Shown: piece by piece, positions 25,068-38,880 of the stretch
Position numbering within the stretch: the stretch's first letter is position 1
Layout: every line of letters begins with the position of its first letter
Assembly: GCA_951406725.2 (NCBI GenBank)
Contig: OX597834.1
Span: forward strand, 13,454,001 to 13,518,000
DNA: 64,000 nucleotides
From: Octopus vulgaris
Taxonomy: Eukaryota
Direction of reading: 5' to 3'
Program-made: the position numbers and the translations under genes
Notes under the pieces: generated by a model
Told to the model about the DNA's origin: nothing
Database searches by the model: none
Seen by the model: only the letters and a program-made list of their open reading frames with translations

Positions 25068-27009
25068 TTCGTGTGTATCTGAATAGGTATTAGAGTACCG
25101 AATGATTGATAATGATATGGAAGGAAGTCTCGGTTGGAATATATTCGTCACGTTTACGAAGGCGAACAACCCGAAACGTCGAAGTCATTTAAAGCCATTT
25201 CTTTCAAAAATATTATATACTAACCTGTATGTAAATGCGCGGAATTGTGGTTTCTGATTCTGTGTGTATGTGTGTGCGTGTGTGTATGTATGGTTTGTGT
25301 GTGTGTGTATACTGTGAGTGCATGTCTATCTGTTTGTCTGTCTGTGCATACTTACGTGTGTATGTAAAATAATTGTGATGCTTAGGTCGCAGCCAATCAC
25401 GTTCGTTTCGTACCAATTCTCATATAGATTGAAGCAATTTCTGAACCAATCCCCTAATATCTTCAGATATGTTGCAGATTCTACGTACGTATCTTAGTGT
25501 TCATTTGTAATTATCATCAGAATCAATATTTGAAATGAAAAATATATTTCCTTCACCTCAGTATATGTTTATCACACTGAATTAAATGTAAGATTTTAAT
25601 TGCGATTTACTTATCTATTACCCAAACCTCTTGTTTCTGAATTTATGTATTAACAGCTCTAAGCTAAAAATCGTAGCGGATCGTTATCCTTACGCTTTTA
25701 AATTGCAAATATTTGATCAAAACTCTCTCCTTGTATATTATTAAATGTGATTATTAGCTAATAAGCAAGTAAACCAAAGCTTCGCCCAGTAGTTTTACCT
25801 TTGTACTCAATGCTTTTACAGTTTAAATACCATTCACAGGCCGAAAGGAATCCTTATAATAATAGCAGGATGTTAAACTTAGTCCTTTTGGCCTGTTAAG
25901 TCTTCTTGGCGTCAGTTAACTTTGTTTCCAGTCCTCAAGCTAGGTTCGGTTTATTGTGTGCCATGCAGTGTCTATTGTCAGTAAAGAAATTTCGTTTGGC
26001 AATTTGTTGAAATAAATTTAGTAAATCTTAAAAACATCTATTTATCCATCTATAATAAAAGGCATGAATATATTGATGAGTTTGATTCGGTCTTTGAAAC
26101 ACATTGAAGAGAATCATTTCCGATATACTTTAGAGAAATCCTTCTGTTTCACACCTTCTCCTTCATAGTATATCCCCTCTGTAACAAATCTCAAATGTAA
26201 AGCATTCTTTCTCTGTTCCCATTGCCTTCCCTTTCCTCTGTTTCTTTCCCACATTATATAGGAAAACAACAATGTGTCGTACATTGTCATTACATCTCTC
26301 TCATTCTCATCTCATTTTCCGCCATTACATTCCCAGCATCTACATACCACCCAATACCTCTCATTCCCCTACATTCATTCGCAGGAAACACTACGCCATT
26401 ACTGTTAGAATAATTCAGCGAATTCCTTATTGTTGAATTCTTTTTCATTGGAATGGCTGAATCGGTTAATTTTCTCTCTTCAATCTGCCTTTAGTTCAAT
26501 AACAACAGGATGACACGTACTTTGTTTGGATACTTGTTTAGATAATATATTTGTTTCTCTGAAGCAATGTAAAATCAACTGCTGTCATTATCAAATTGCA
26601 TTTCTCACAGTGTGACTCCATAAAAATCTAAAAATCAACATTCAAATGTAACCAGATGTCGCTCGCTTCACTTTGTAAAGCATAACAATTTAGCCTAATT
26701 GAGTTCCATCACGAAAAACTCTATTCGTGTCCTTGAAAACAGCCACTGTTAATGTATATCCGTCCATCTGTGTATCTGTGTATGCTTCTATCCATCCATC
26801 CAAAAATCCATCCGTCCATCTATCCGTCCGTTCGTCCGTCCATCCATCTGTCCGTCTGTCTGTCGATCTGTCTGTCTATCAGTCAATCTAAGTATTTATC
26901 TGTATACTTATGTATCTATCTGTATATCTATCTGTATATCTATCAACCTATCTAAGCACACACGCGCTCACACGCACATGCAACATGTTCGGTTACATGT
27001 AAATCTCTT

Positions 27010-27089
<80 letters not shown>

Positions 27090-27203
27090 CCTGTGTTTCT
27101 GCGTATATATATATTGCTCTCAAAATCTGTTGACATACTCATCAACCATCAAGCTATCCTTGTAAAAAAATGACATAAAATATCGTCAAACCAAGCCCGA
27201 ACA

Positions 27204-27257
<54 letters not shown>

Positions 27258-27285
27258 GAACGCTTGTATCTATATTTACAACATA

Positions 27286-27448
27286 GGCGCAGGAATGGTT
27301 TTATGGTAAGTAGCTTGATTACCAACCACATTGTTACTGGTTCGTATCCACTGCGTTGCACCTTGGGCACCTTGTCTTTTACTATAGCATCGGGCCGACC
27401 AAGCCCTTGTGAGTGGATATGGTAGACGGAAACTGAAAGAAGCCCGTC

Positions 27449-27483
<35 letters not shown>

Positions 27484-27733
27484 CATATGTATATGTATAT
27501 GCATGTGTGTATATCTTTGTATGTCCGTGTTTCTCCCCCCATCGACATCACTTGGCAACCGACGGTGTTGTGTTTACGTCCCTGTAACTTAGCGGTTCGG
27601 CCAAAGAGACCGACAGAATAAGTACTAGGCTTCCAAAGAATAAGTCCTAGGGTCGATTTGCTCGACTAACAGGTGTTGCACCAGCACGGCCACAGTCAAA
27701 TGACTGAAACATTTAAAAGAGAAATAAAAGAGA
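27286..27733 (+). mobile_element. SINE family A, diverged full length
   Basis: Head, internal TA tract and tail all present. Confidence 0.88.
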
Positions 27734-27949
27734 ATATATATTGAACGCAAACTTTTCCATCGACGTTCTAAGCATATTTTAGTAAAGCGCGTTAACGTTT
27801 TCCTAACGGCAGCTTTAAAGTTTACGCTCTCCACTGCCATCGATTCCTCACTAATAATACACCAAGCTGTTTCTGAAAGAAGAAGACTGAAAATATCTTC
27901 AAATTTAACCCGGATACACCGAATCTATAACGGAAAAGCATTTGTTTCT

Positions 27950-28900
27950 ATGGAGATGAGACGTAGCATTTACCTGATTTTAAACCACTTTTCTATGTCT
28001 AATTGTGTGTTTCTGCTTAGATTTCTACACCATGCTTGCGCTTGTTAACAACATTTGTCGTCACAAATTTGCTTCGGATAATATTGTGTACAGTATTTTT
28101 TTCCCTTTACGTGTATTCCACATTCTCTTATATAAGTTTTCTGATAATGAATTCCGTTGCATTCAAAACAATATCCTGCATTTTATAATATCCGACAAGA
28201 TCATTTAAATTAATAATATTCCTTGTATCAAGTAATCACGAACGCGTAAGCTGGAAGGCAAGTTCTCGATTGTTTTCTTCGCAATATGACTCACGGAAGA
28301 AGATCTCCATTGCATGGAAAATTCTAAGCCTTGATTTGACAGGTGAATCTGACAACAAATGAATATTTCACACCTGTCTCATTCCGATTCAGATATTTAT
28401 TGCGCACATCAGTTTTGATTATCACAAACGAATGTATTCCGATAAGACACGTAGGAAATTATGGAATCATGAGACTTGACCCCTTTATTGCTTTTAAACT
28501 GAGTCAGAAAATTATCTGCATTGGACATACCCGATTCTACATAGGAGAATGTAGTATTAACAATGAAACGAACAGGTACATTTTTACTCATTTCCATTTT
28601 CGAATCTACTCTAGAATCAAGAATATCCAGACAACTTGGTGATAGAAATTCAATCACGACTCTCAAACAGAACATTGAACATTTACACATGCTTCGAATT
28701 GGTATTAATGTAATAATTTGTCAACAAATATTAAAAAATAACGGGAGTGTTAATCCGTCCTACTATAAGAAGATCAACTACCGATAGATTTAATGTATGG
28801 AACGAGCAGCATTTGAACCGCAGCAAAACATTAATTTCAACTGCATCAATGGAAAAGTATTGTACGTTCGTCATGAAGCATGTTTGTACTCATTACCATA
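27950..28900 (+). pseudogene. Possible highly decayed hAT-superfamily transposase
   Basis: GRQVLDCF (~RWLSRGKVL.RF) near 28255; EYPDNLVIEIQSRLS (~LD.LI.EL..RFS) at 28621; LIRPTIRRSTTDRFN (~IKT.LRS.M..DRLN, C-terminal dimerisation region) near 28750. Confidence 0.3.
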
Positions 28901-29429
28901 AAAGAAAACATTCAATTTTCTTTCAAAATCTAAGTAAAACTGTGGCAGAATTGACGTCTTCTGCAAAACAGCATGCGCTTTACATGGAATAGTACAAACG
29001 GATGTCGAGTGGAATATAGGATATTCTGAATTTTGTCTAACCGAAAGCAAAATGGATTCTTTTCGTTCATCTGAATAAAATCAAGTTGATTGTTTCTGCT
29101 TCTGGAAAATGAATCTTTGGAAATTCTATAAAATAAATTTCAGACTTTATGAGAAATTGATGTTCTCAAAAGTTGCTAGCGATTGAAAACTTACAATAAT
29201 TTATGATCGTTTTTGATTGAGATTAAACAACATTTTCTGAAAATTGCTGGTATAATTTACACTTATGGAAATGAGTTGTGTTTTCATTTTCAATAATTGA
29301 GGAATTTTATCTGCAAATTTTAACAAATTGGATGAGAAAGTATTCGCTGTACATATAATTGTAAATATATACACACGCCATATGTATATATATATATATG
29401 GTGTTCTGGTTATATTGGCAGTATTTTAT

Positions 29430-30490
29430 GTCTCATTATTGACGTCTGGCTGAATAGTGAACAGTCAATTGCATCATTATGACGAAAAGAATAGCGAACA
29501 TACAGAATGGAAGACTACGTAGGATTGGAAATAGTTACCTGTAACGTGATGACTTGTGCCGGGTATCAAAATGTCAGCACTATGACTGCTGCTAATTACC
29601 ATGTGAACACTAGAACGTATGTACGACGTGGCATGGACAGCTATAGTGAAGGCTACGAAGTCGTGTTGTGTCGACAAGGATTGCGTTGTGACGGCGTCCA
29701 AACGTCCAGATGACAAGTTGATGGATATTCTGGGAAAGGGAATCCAAATCATAATGGGGGAAATGTGTGTTCGAGTTGCCAACATGAAGCGGTGCAATGC
29801 AAGCATCCTGATAGCGAAGGTCAAGGAAGACAGCCTGAGGAAGGTAGACGGGTTCCTGAAAAAGCAGAGGCATCATGTAGACCTGGAGATGATCTGGTTC
29901 TTCTCACATGAACGGAAATAGTCAGGAATTGTCGCAGAAAACAAACAACTACTTTGCCTAAAATCCATGTGAACTCCACGCTTCCCCAATCTGCGATAAA
30001 CTTGGAGTGTGTATTTTCTGAGGTTGGTGCCTTGCCACCGCACATCCTTAAACATGGACTTAGGCTCAATTTAGCAGGTCTAGATGTATTGCGGCTATTC
30101 TGTTATATATGTAAGAGCAAGTTTCAGTACCTTTTGAATTTCTTTGTCGCTGTCGGGCAAAGGATTTTCCAATCCGTACTCTATCTTTTCGATTCTCTCT
30201 CATGATGATGAACCAATTTTCATCTCCTGTTCGGCCACATAGTACTCATAGAGAACATGTTGGCACACCTCACAACGCTTGCACTTGTGCTCAGCAGTAA
30301 GCTGTCTTGGCACTCATGCTGCATAGATTTTAGGGAGGCCGAGCTCATCGTGAAGAAATTTCAGCTGACACAAATTCCAACTAGAGAAATTATCGTACTA
30401 GTGCTCTTTGTTCTAACTTGGCGCGCATTGCTAATGGAGCGTCAAAGCTTACAGTGTAAAGCCACAAGGTGAAATGATGCGACCTGGGCT
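29430..30490 (+). pseudogene. Decayed Tc1/mariner-superfamily (DD37D/maT-like) transposase
   Basis: IWFFSHERK (~IWFFSDEK) near 29890; LECVFSEVGALPPHILKHGLRLN (~LGVVSSEGDVMPPHFF..GLRVN) at 30002-30070; stops and frameshifts. Confidence 0.75.
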
Positions 30491-30561
30491 CAAAATTCGA
30501 TTACGTGACCACAAAAGTATCTGATGTAAGCACGCACGAAGGCATTATGACAATACAGAAG

Positions 30562-30611
<50 letters not shown>

Positions 30612-30639
30612 GTGTGTGTATGTGTGTGTTTAACGTATG

Positions 30640-30683
<44 letters not shown>

Positions 30684-30893
30684 TATATGTATGTATTTAG
30701 GTAGATAGTTAAATATAGGTATTGATATATACATATATACATATCTAATATATATATATATATCTTATATACATATATATGCGTTTGTATGGATGTGTGC
30801 ATACAGATATATAGAAAATTAAACGATACATATATTCATATGTGTATATGTATATACATATATCAATATCTATGTATATTCATACACACACAT

Positions 30894-30926
<33 letters not shown>

Positions 30927-31901
30927 CACATGCATAAATATTTATTATATGTATTACATATATTTATATCGATATATATATATATATATATTTATATATG
31001 TGTGTGTATGAATATATATATATACATATGTAAACATTTATATATGCATTTATTTTTATACCTGTGCGCATGCATGAGTGTATATACATACAATCGTACA
31101 GTGCTTGTGTGAATAAGTATAACATATGAAGTCTCCAAAGTTTTTCACCCCAACTTGCACCATAGCTTACTATCTCCCTCACACAGTGTTGTACCTACAG
31201 ACTCTTCTCTACTAATCGTCTTTTGACGCAAATTAGAAATTCGCAAAACATGAAATATTGAATACTCTCCTTAATATAATCACCAAGAACATTGAAATAT
31301 GGTAACCTATAAAAGCCCAATGCCAATAGAGTAATATGTTAGAAGAAGAAAAGAATAAAAAATGAGATGCAATATTTTTTGTTCTTCTCTACGTGCAAAC
31401 GTTTCCTTTTAAACTTCATGATATATTTCATATAATCAACTCCCACCTAGAACGGCCTATGAACTTTCTTCTCATAATCCCGCTTTCAGAAGATGTCTTT
31501 ATAGGGGCAATTCGAATTTGGCGGAACGACACAATAGCATATTAGCAATTTATCGGTATTAGTCATAAAACAAACTTATTTCTGTACTCTCTTTTGCTAA
31601 TGTGTCAAATAGACACAAAAACTGACCGTTTCTCATGCCGTTCTCATTTCGCACAATACATTCAATTCTTCAATATACGCTAATTTCTTACGTGCTCTGA
31701 TACGTTTTCTTTTGTTGTTTTTTTTGTGTTTTTTCCATTAAACTGTTCTTATGCTGGTGTTCGTCACAAAAAAGGTTATATATATAAACTGCTGTTAGAG
31801 CTCATATGCTTTACTTCATGGGGTATTACCCAATAAAGACAAAACAGTGACGCGCAAATACAAAACAAGCGTTTCTACACACTTGCAGGCTGACAAATAT
31901 G

Positions 31902-31954
<53 letters not shown>

Positions 31955-31956
31955 GC

Positions 31957-31993
<37 letters not shown>

Positions 31994-32025
31994 TATGTGT
32001 GTAAGTGTTTATGTGTGTATGTATC

Positions 32026-32082
<57 letters not shown>

Positions 32083-32167
32083 TTATCCATGTATATATGC
32101 ACGCATATATATTTGTATACATATATATACATATATAAATGTATATATATATATATACATACACAGC

Positions 32168-32235
<68 letters not shown>

Positions 32236-32480
32236 TGTATATATTAGATTGTGCATGGGTGTGTGTGCGTATGCGTTTGTGTGTGTTTGTGTGTGTATGT
32301 GTGTTTGTGTGTGTGGATTTATATCATGAAAAGATGCAAAGAAGATTATTGTATTGCTTCGCTGATTGCATTTTATTATGAAGATATATTCTACGAAAGA
32401 TGAAAGGCGCACGGTAACTTATGCACATGGGAACACGCTGAGATATATACGCAACATAAGAAACACTATACTGTTACATA

Positions 32481-32537
<57 letters not shown>

Positions 32538-32674
32538 TATATATATAACGCACAATCAAGCATATTCATATAGACTGACAAATGCAAACACACGAATTCC
32601 TATATACATATAGAAATAAATACACACACACATACATGCACCTATGTAGACATACTCACACGCACGCACCTATA

Positions 32675-32759
<85 letters not shown>

Positions 32760-32786
32760 CACACACACACATATATATATATAATT

Positions 32787-32868
<82 letters not shown>

Positions 32869-33316
32869 GTATATATACTAAAGATCTAGGTATGCATATA
32901 CGCATTTTATACTTTATTTCTTTTTGTTGCAAATATATATAATTTGCCAAAATGAGAATTATTTCATAGCAATATTATTCCATTATTCGAGCCAAGTTTA
33001 CGACTTTTGTTATTTTATTCTCATTTGTTATATTCTTCTCTTGCTTTTTTTAATTTTTTTTTTTTTTGATTTTCTTTTTTACGTTACGATGGAGGTGTTT
33101 CTTCTTTTCACTTTTAATTTCGTTTTTCCATTCTGTTTGATCTCTCCATCGCTAAATGGTGCGTCCAAATATGTTCCATCCAATTGCTGAGCACCAACAG
33201 TAGAAAGTCAACAATAATCGTATAGTCTTTTTCGTATCGGCATAAATTTATCTGAATAAATGGCTGCGTTTATTCGTGGGTGATTGTTTCCTGTCTTGCT
33301 ATATACATATATGGCG

Positions 33317-33374
<58 letters not shown>

Positions 33375-33772
33375 TATATATATATATCTGTGTGTCTATG
33401 TGTGTGGTGTGTGTAAACATATTAATAGTTCTGCGTAAAGTGCAGTGTATATATTTGGTCTTGATTTATTTCTACACTTTACTGCCAAATCTTTATACTT
33501 TTAATGCCTTTGTTTTGTATTTTGTGATTGCGACTAGAAACGTGTGTGTGCGTGCGTGTGTGTGCGTGCGTGTGTTTGTGTGTGTGTGTATGTGTGTATG
33601 TATGCGTACGTGTATTTCTATGCTTTTGGTACAGAACACAATGTATAAAAAGTGTAAATGCTTCTTTTCTGTGCAGCTTAATAACTAAGATCGCGGCTAA
33701 TAAATATTTTGGTGCCAATATAGTTTGCAGAACACTATAGAATTTAAAACATAGCACTCATATACGGCAATG

Positions 33773-33820
<48 letters not shown>

Positions 33821-33824
<4 letters not shown>

Positions 33825-34018
33825 GTAGAAATTGATACTAATCAATTAAAATCAGTGGCTTAGCATATTTTAAAAATCCGAAGATTAAAAACTTTTTAAC
33901 CTACAAATCTCAGTTTTTTGCTGAGATTTTTCTTGAGAACATAGTCTTCGTGGAAGTAGCGATTTGACTTCATGTTTATCATATAGGCTGTCCACTTATT
34001 AGTCAGTCCTCTAAATTT

Positions 34019-34020
<2 letters not shown>
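33821..34020. repeat. Short interspersed repeat embedded in (TA)n with a central hairpin
   Basis: Flanked by TA arrays; hairpin aaatctcag/ctgagattt near 33905-33929; shares a gcctatatg..aaa motif (minus strand) with the 39394-39588 element. Confidence 0.45.
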
Positions 34021-34067
<47 letters not shown>

Positions 34068-34068
<1 letters not shown>

Positions 34069-34187
34069 CACCGTGATCACCGTGACCGACCAGGCTAACA
34101 GATGTTGCTACACATCGCTGGTGACAATGCGCTTCGCATTGTCCTAGCCTTCAAATGATGCCACCCCGCTGGCTAAGCAAGCGGCCA

Positions 34188-34188
<1 letters not shown>
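34068..34188 (-). mobile_element. Short GC-rich retroelement 3' fragment inserted in (TA)n
   Basis: ~120-bp island between TA arrays with a short tandem tail (tcaccgtga)x2. Confidence 0.4.
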
Positions 34189-34282
<94 letters not shown>

Positions 34283-34284
34283 TA

Positions 34285-34386
<102 letters not shown>

Positions 34387-34599
34387 TCTATAATGTCATT
34401 TCATAGACATTTAAATGACTACCCTTGTGCAAAATACACAGTAACAAAATAGAAGTGGGAAAATGGTTTACGAATTGAAATAGTCTCTGATGCCTGGAGT
34501 AAGAAAAACGAAAAATATTAATCTTATTGGTAGATCTTCCTGAAGACGGTAACCGAAATGGTACCGATTTTAAAATTATTGAGACAGACAGCGACAGAG

Positions 34600-34917
34600 A
34601 AGGTATTTCAGCATTCCTTTCCTGGCAGTGTCCCGAGGGAGATCAAAGAGGAAAAGGATCACATCAACTTTAAACGGTGTCTGGATAGATTCCTTCAAAG
34701 AATACCAGATAAGCCACCCATAATTGGATACAACTCACCCAACAAGAACTCACTACTTGAACAAAACTTGATACAACTCACCCAACAAAAACTCGCTACT
34801 TGAACAAAACTTGACTTAAACAGGATTCGAATAATCCTATCAGGTGGTGCTATTAAGTTAGACATGGCCTGGACCAATCTTTGGTCGAAACATATCTAAG
34901 TCTAAGTTTATCTAAGT
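34600..34917 (+). mobile_element. CR1-like LINE 3' end
   Basis: VPREIKEEKDHINFKRCLDRFLQRIPDKPPIIGY..NSLL (CR1-like ORF2 C-terminus FK..LD.FL..IPD.P), then a 3'UTR ending in (tctaag)n repeats. Confidence 0.7.
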
Positions 34918-35714
34918 GTCTAATCTGCGTTTGCTGTGACGAAATTGTATCAAGACCGCTACAGGCAGTTTTGAGATGGGAAAAGCAAATGCAGCGTGGG
35001 AGAATGGCCAAACAATGGAAAGTTAATCGTTATGACCCGCCTAATGATCAAAGCTACCTATTTCCCTCAAGTGCCCAACAGATTGCTCTACAACGTGTTC
35101 GTCCTAAATTTCAAATACAACACACCTGCAACTTCCACCTTTATATAGAAGAAACTACATCTATCAAACTCAGCAGTATTGTATGTTACAACACACACCT
35201 GGATGTTAGGTTATTTAAAGAACTCAAAATGAAAGATTCTAATATATTTATTTTGCGAAAGGAATTTTCTTTTGCATAAAGTAGAAAATGGTAATGATTT
35301 ACTTATAGTTGAATATCTTTAGAGGAATTAGCGTGAGGTGATTTAATTCTCATATTAATTTAAGACTTAACCGAGTTTCTCAATTTGCTGTATCCACAAA
35401 TTTCTAGTGCTAAATTTTATCAAAGTAGAAGAACGTTATATAATCCAATAAAATTCTAGAAACAACGACGGAAGGCAATATTTTCTTCAAATTCTACTGA
35501 CATTTTAAGACGAAGCCATATAAATGAAAGATATAAAAAATATATGGAAATAACGACTTATTTAAATCCGATAGATTCGTTGGAGAATTTCGAAAGATTT
35601 CAGCAATACTGTGGTAGGGGAAGGAGGTTTTATTTATTTATTTTTTTATTCTGCGCTTTAGCAGCTATTTTAAGGATAATACGCGTTTCAGAAATATGTT
35701 AATTACTATGAATA

Positions 35715-35771
35715 AAACTACTACAACAACTACTACTACTACTTACAATGCTGTTGCTGCTGTTGCTGCTG

Positions 35772-35839
<68 letters not shown>

Positions 35840-35865
35840 GCTACTACTACTGCTCCTGCTGCTGC
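35715..35865. repeat. (ACT)n/(GCT)n trinucleotide tract
   Basis: Read directly from the sequence. Confidence 0.95.
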
Positions 35866-35958
35866 CACTCGATATTTTGCATCGAACATTTAAACCACGA
35901 AAGTTCTTTTTTTCCAGGTAGGATCATATGTCTTTGCTTGCGATTGTGTGTTCATGCA

Positions 35959-36023
<65 letters not shown>

Positions 36024-36432
36024 GCCTCAGTGTGTGAACCTATGTGTGTGCCTCTGTGTATGTGTGTATGAGCATACATTATGTATATGAAAGTGGAATT
36101 GTATGTGTGGTAAGAATTTTGTTTCCCATCCGTATGGTTCCGAGTTCGAGTATTTCCTACTATTGTCTCTGTCCGTTTCCTCACACTGTTATTTCTATTA
36201 TATTGGTGATTTACGGGGGTTTAATTAAGACTTTATCTCTTATTTCTAGCAGGTTGATACTTTTCCGCATCCTTACACTTCGTGATGATTTGTTTATTAT
36301 GCTATTTGCCTGCGAGCCACCTATATTACTTCTGTTGATGCCATATATTGTAAATTTGTATACACAGATGATAATATGAGAAGTAACATCTTATTTCAAA
36401 CCTTTGTGTTTGAATGTTTTGCTCATAAATAA

Positions 36433-36705
36433 TGTGTTGTCCTGAAAGTTCGTGCCGATTTATAGTAGCCTACCTTTCGACTTATTTTAGAACAAAGTTG
36501 AGTTCATAAAATAGGATTTGACTACAGTAAGAATTGGCTCAAAGGACAGTCAACAGAATTTTACGAGATAGGGATATATGCTCCCATTCGGAGGTAAAAC
36601 ATTGCTATTGAGAGAAACGGTGACTAAGTTGAGAAGTCGGGATGTGATTCACAGAGGACCAGCTTCATTTTGATGTACGATATCTGTTTCTGTGTTGGTA
36701 ATTAT
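36433..36705 (+). mobile_element. Mariner remnants: TIR-like left end joined to a transposase C-terminus
   Basis: gttgtcctgaaagttcgtgccgattt (mariner-type end), then VRIGSK/KNWLKGQSTEFYEIGIYAPIRR*NIAIERNGD*VEK (~W...Q..EFY..GI..L..RW...IE.NGDYVEK). Confidence 0.7.
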
Positions 36706-36802
36706 AAAAAATACATATATCATTTATGCAATACACACACACAAACACAAACACATATACACACACACACATAAACAAACACGATTCGCTAGCTTCTGAA
36801 CG

Positions 36803-36988
36803 CATTTTTTCTCTCTCCTTGTTTCTCTCCGTGTTTCTTTTCTCGGTATCTTTCTGTTGAAGAGCGTAGGCTCGAAACGTAAAAGACTTGTTTTATTTAT
36901 ATTCCTGAGCGCCATACTAATACAATTGTTTGTTTGTATTCCGCCTGCCTTCGTCTTTTGTTTATTTTCATGAAGTTTCCCGTTATAT
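36803..36988 (+). mobile_element. Penelope-like short repeat carrying a variant hammerhead motif (copy 1)
   Basis: Highly similar to the reverse complement of 61191-61360; hammerhead-like motif at 36849-36886. Confidence 0.65.
36849..36886 (+). ncRNA. Minimal type-I hammerhead-like motif, variant core CUGUUGA
   Basis: Stem I UCUUU/AAAGA; core CUGUUGA plus extra A; stem II GAGC-guag-GCUC; GAAAC-GUA cleavage triplet with palindromic ACGU. Confidence 0.55.
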
Positions 36989-37544
36989 ATGTAAGTATAC
37001 GTACACACACAACAGCATTCCTATGAATCTAAATTTGTATGCGCCGATGGGTTTTTGCATATGACAATTTCAAGTATATATTTCTGTCTCTATCGCACGC
37101 TCTCTTTTGTTTAGCACTGTTAGTATTAATTTCTTTCGAGTGGAATATACTAATCATATTTTAAAACTCTCAGCTGAATACATTACAATGATAACTTAAT
37201 GCATAGGTTATTCGAGTTCATCCCTTTGCTACAAACGTTTTAACCTTTTCCATGTTTACATATGCACTTCAATTAATGACGTAATAATACTCCGCATTTC
37301 ATTTGATAATTACCTTACGTTTGTATTATAGCGGTGAATATTATTTTGACTTGGACATTTTAATGGACATACAAAGTAAATTTTCCTTATTATCTCCTTG
37401 TTCTTAATGTTGCTGATTTTGTTGTTGCTGTTAAGGGTAGTGTTGAAAACTTCCGCACCAAATGATATGTGATCAGTTTCTGACTTAGGTAGGCGGCCAG
37501 AATAATATTTTTTCGGATTTTTTCTCAAGTCAAACCCATTTTAA

Positions 37545-37937
37545 GGGCGAGGGTAAATTGATTGAATCAACCCCAGTGTTACGCAGGTACAAATCTTATC
37601 GACCCCGAAGAGATCACGAGCAATGCCGAACTTGGTGGTATTTGAAACTCAACAAATGACTCGAAGCTTCTTCTCTGGCACTGTAACAACTCAGCCAGTT
37701 CGCGTCTTGAAGGCTATAATAATTATGCTTTCTACCTCCAGCATAAGGCTTCAAATTTTGGGGCAGGGTGTTGTCCATAACTTCTACCCCAGCTCATGAG
37801 TGTTGCTTATTTCTTAGACCACGAAAGAATAGTAGGTAAAATCATCCTCGGTGGAATTTGAACTCAGAGCGTAAAACCAGACGAAATGACGCTGAGCATC
37901 TTGTCCGGCATGGTACATATTCTGTCATACCACCGCC
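37545..37937 (-). mobile_element. Two degenerate SINE family C copies
   Basis: atcaaccccagtg...ttatcgaccccgaa and cctcggtggaatttgaactcagagcgtaa blocks. Confidence 0.6.
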
Positions 37938-38595
37938 ATGGATTCCAGAATAATACTAAATGTAGATTTAAATACATGGAGAAATTTAGTGAATCCTATG
38001 ACTTCTGTACATCACTTACATTTCTTCGATTGCCGAAGGGATAAAAAGGAAATTTGACATTGAAGGGGGTTCCAGGAAAAAAATAATAAAACGCCAAAAG
38101 AAATGCCGTGAGGTCATTATCCAACCTCTGATGATGCTTCGAGATATTGCCACAGGCTAATGCGTAATCCACAGCATTTTATAACTGACTATTCCATCCT
38201 CCTAAACTTTCCACCATTCTGACCTCGCTTCAATATGTAACTTATACAGCGGTGCTATAAATATATTTGCTATTCCTAGCATGCGAACTTTCAAGTTGGA
38301 AACATTCTGTCCTTGAATCAAGTGGTTTTGTTTCCCTATTAATTTTTCGCTAATGCCTGTATGATTATATTTTGAATTTTTCAAATAAAAGTCAGTTTGG
38401 CACGGTTGTGTATATAAGACCTTTGCTCAGTAACCACGTGATTGTTGAACTCATTCTTAGTTATTGTTACGCTAAAGACTCCTACGTTAGACCGATATCG
38501 TCAACATGTTGACAGAATGCCTGAGCTGGAATGTGTGTTAGACCCTTGGACATTCATCCATGCATACATTCAAACAAACATACCTTCTGCATACG

Positions 38596-38644
<49 letters not shown>

Positions 38645-38810
38645 CGGAGTAAGCACATGAATGGGAAACAAGGTGGAAAAAAAGAGTACTCAAATACCAG
38701 AGGTAGAGTAATATGCTTTTTAACAAAAAAACGTCCGACGAACGGGAACATGAAACTCCGAGTAACAGATTTTGTTATATTTCTGCTGTTTTTAAATAAA
38801 GTATATACCT
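38645..38810. mobile_element. Short repeat in (TA)n with imperfect inverted arms around a hammerhead-like motif
   Basis: atatgcttt..taacaaaa (38711-38728) is inverse to ttttgtta...aaagtatat (38770-38806); the motif CCGACGA-ACG ggaa CAU-GAAACUCCGAGUA lies between them. Confidence 0.5.
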
Positions 38811-38838
38811 ATATATATATATACAGGCACACACACAC

Positions 38839-38880
<42 letters not shown>

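Noticed and set aside
34881-35279. 132-aa non-repetitive ORF
   Set aside because: It starts at a non-ATG codon inside a LINE tail and has no recognisable motif or splice support.
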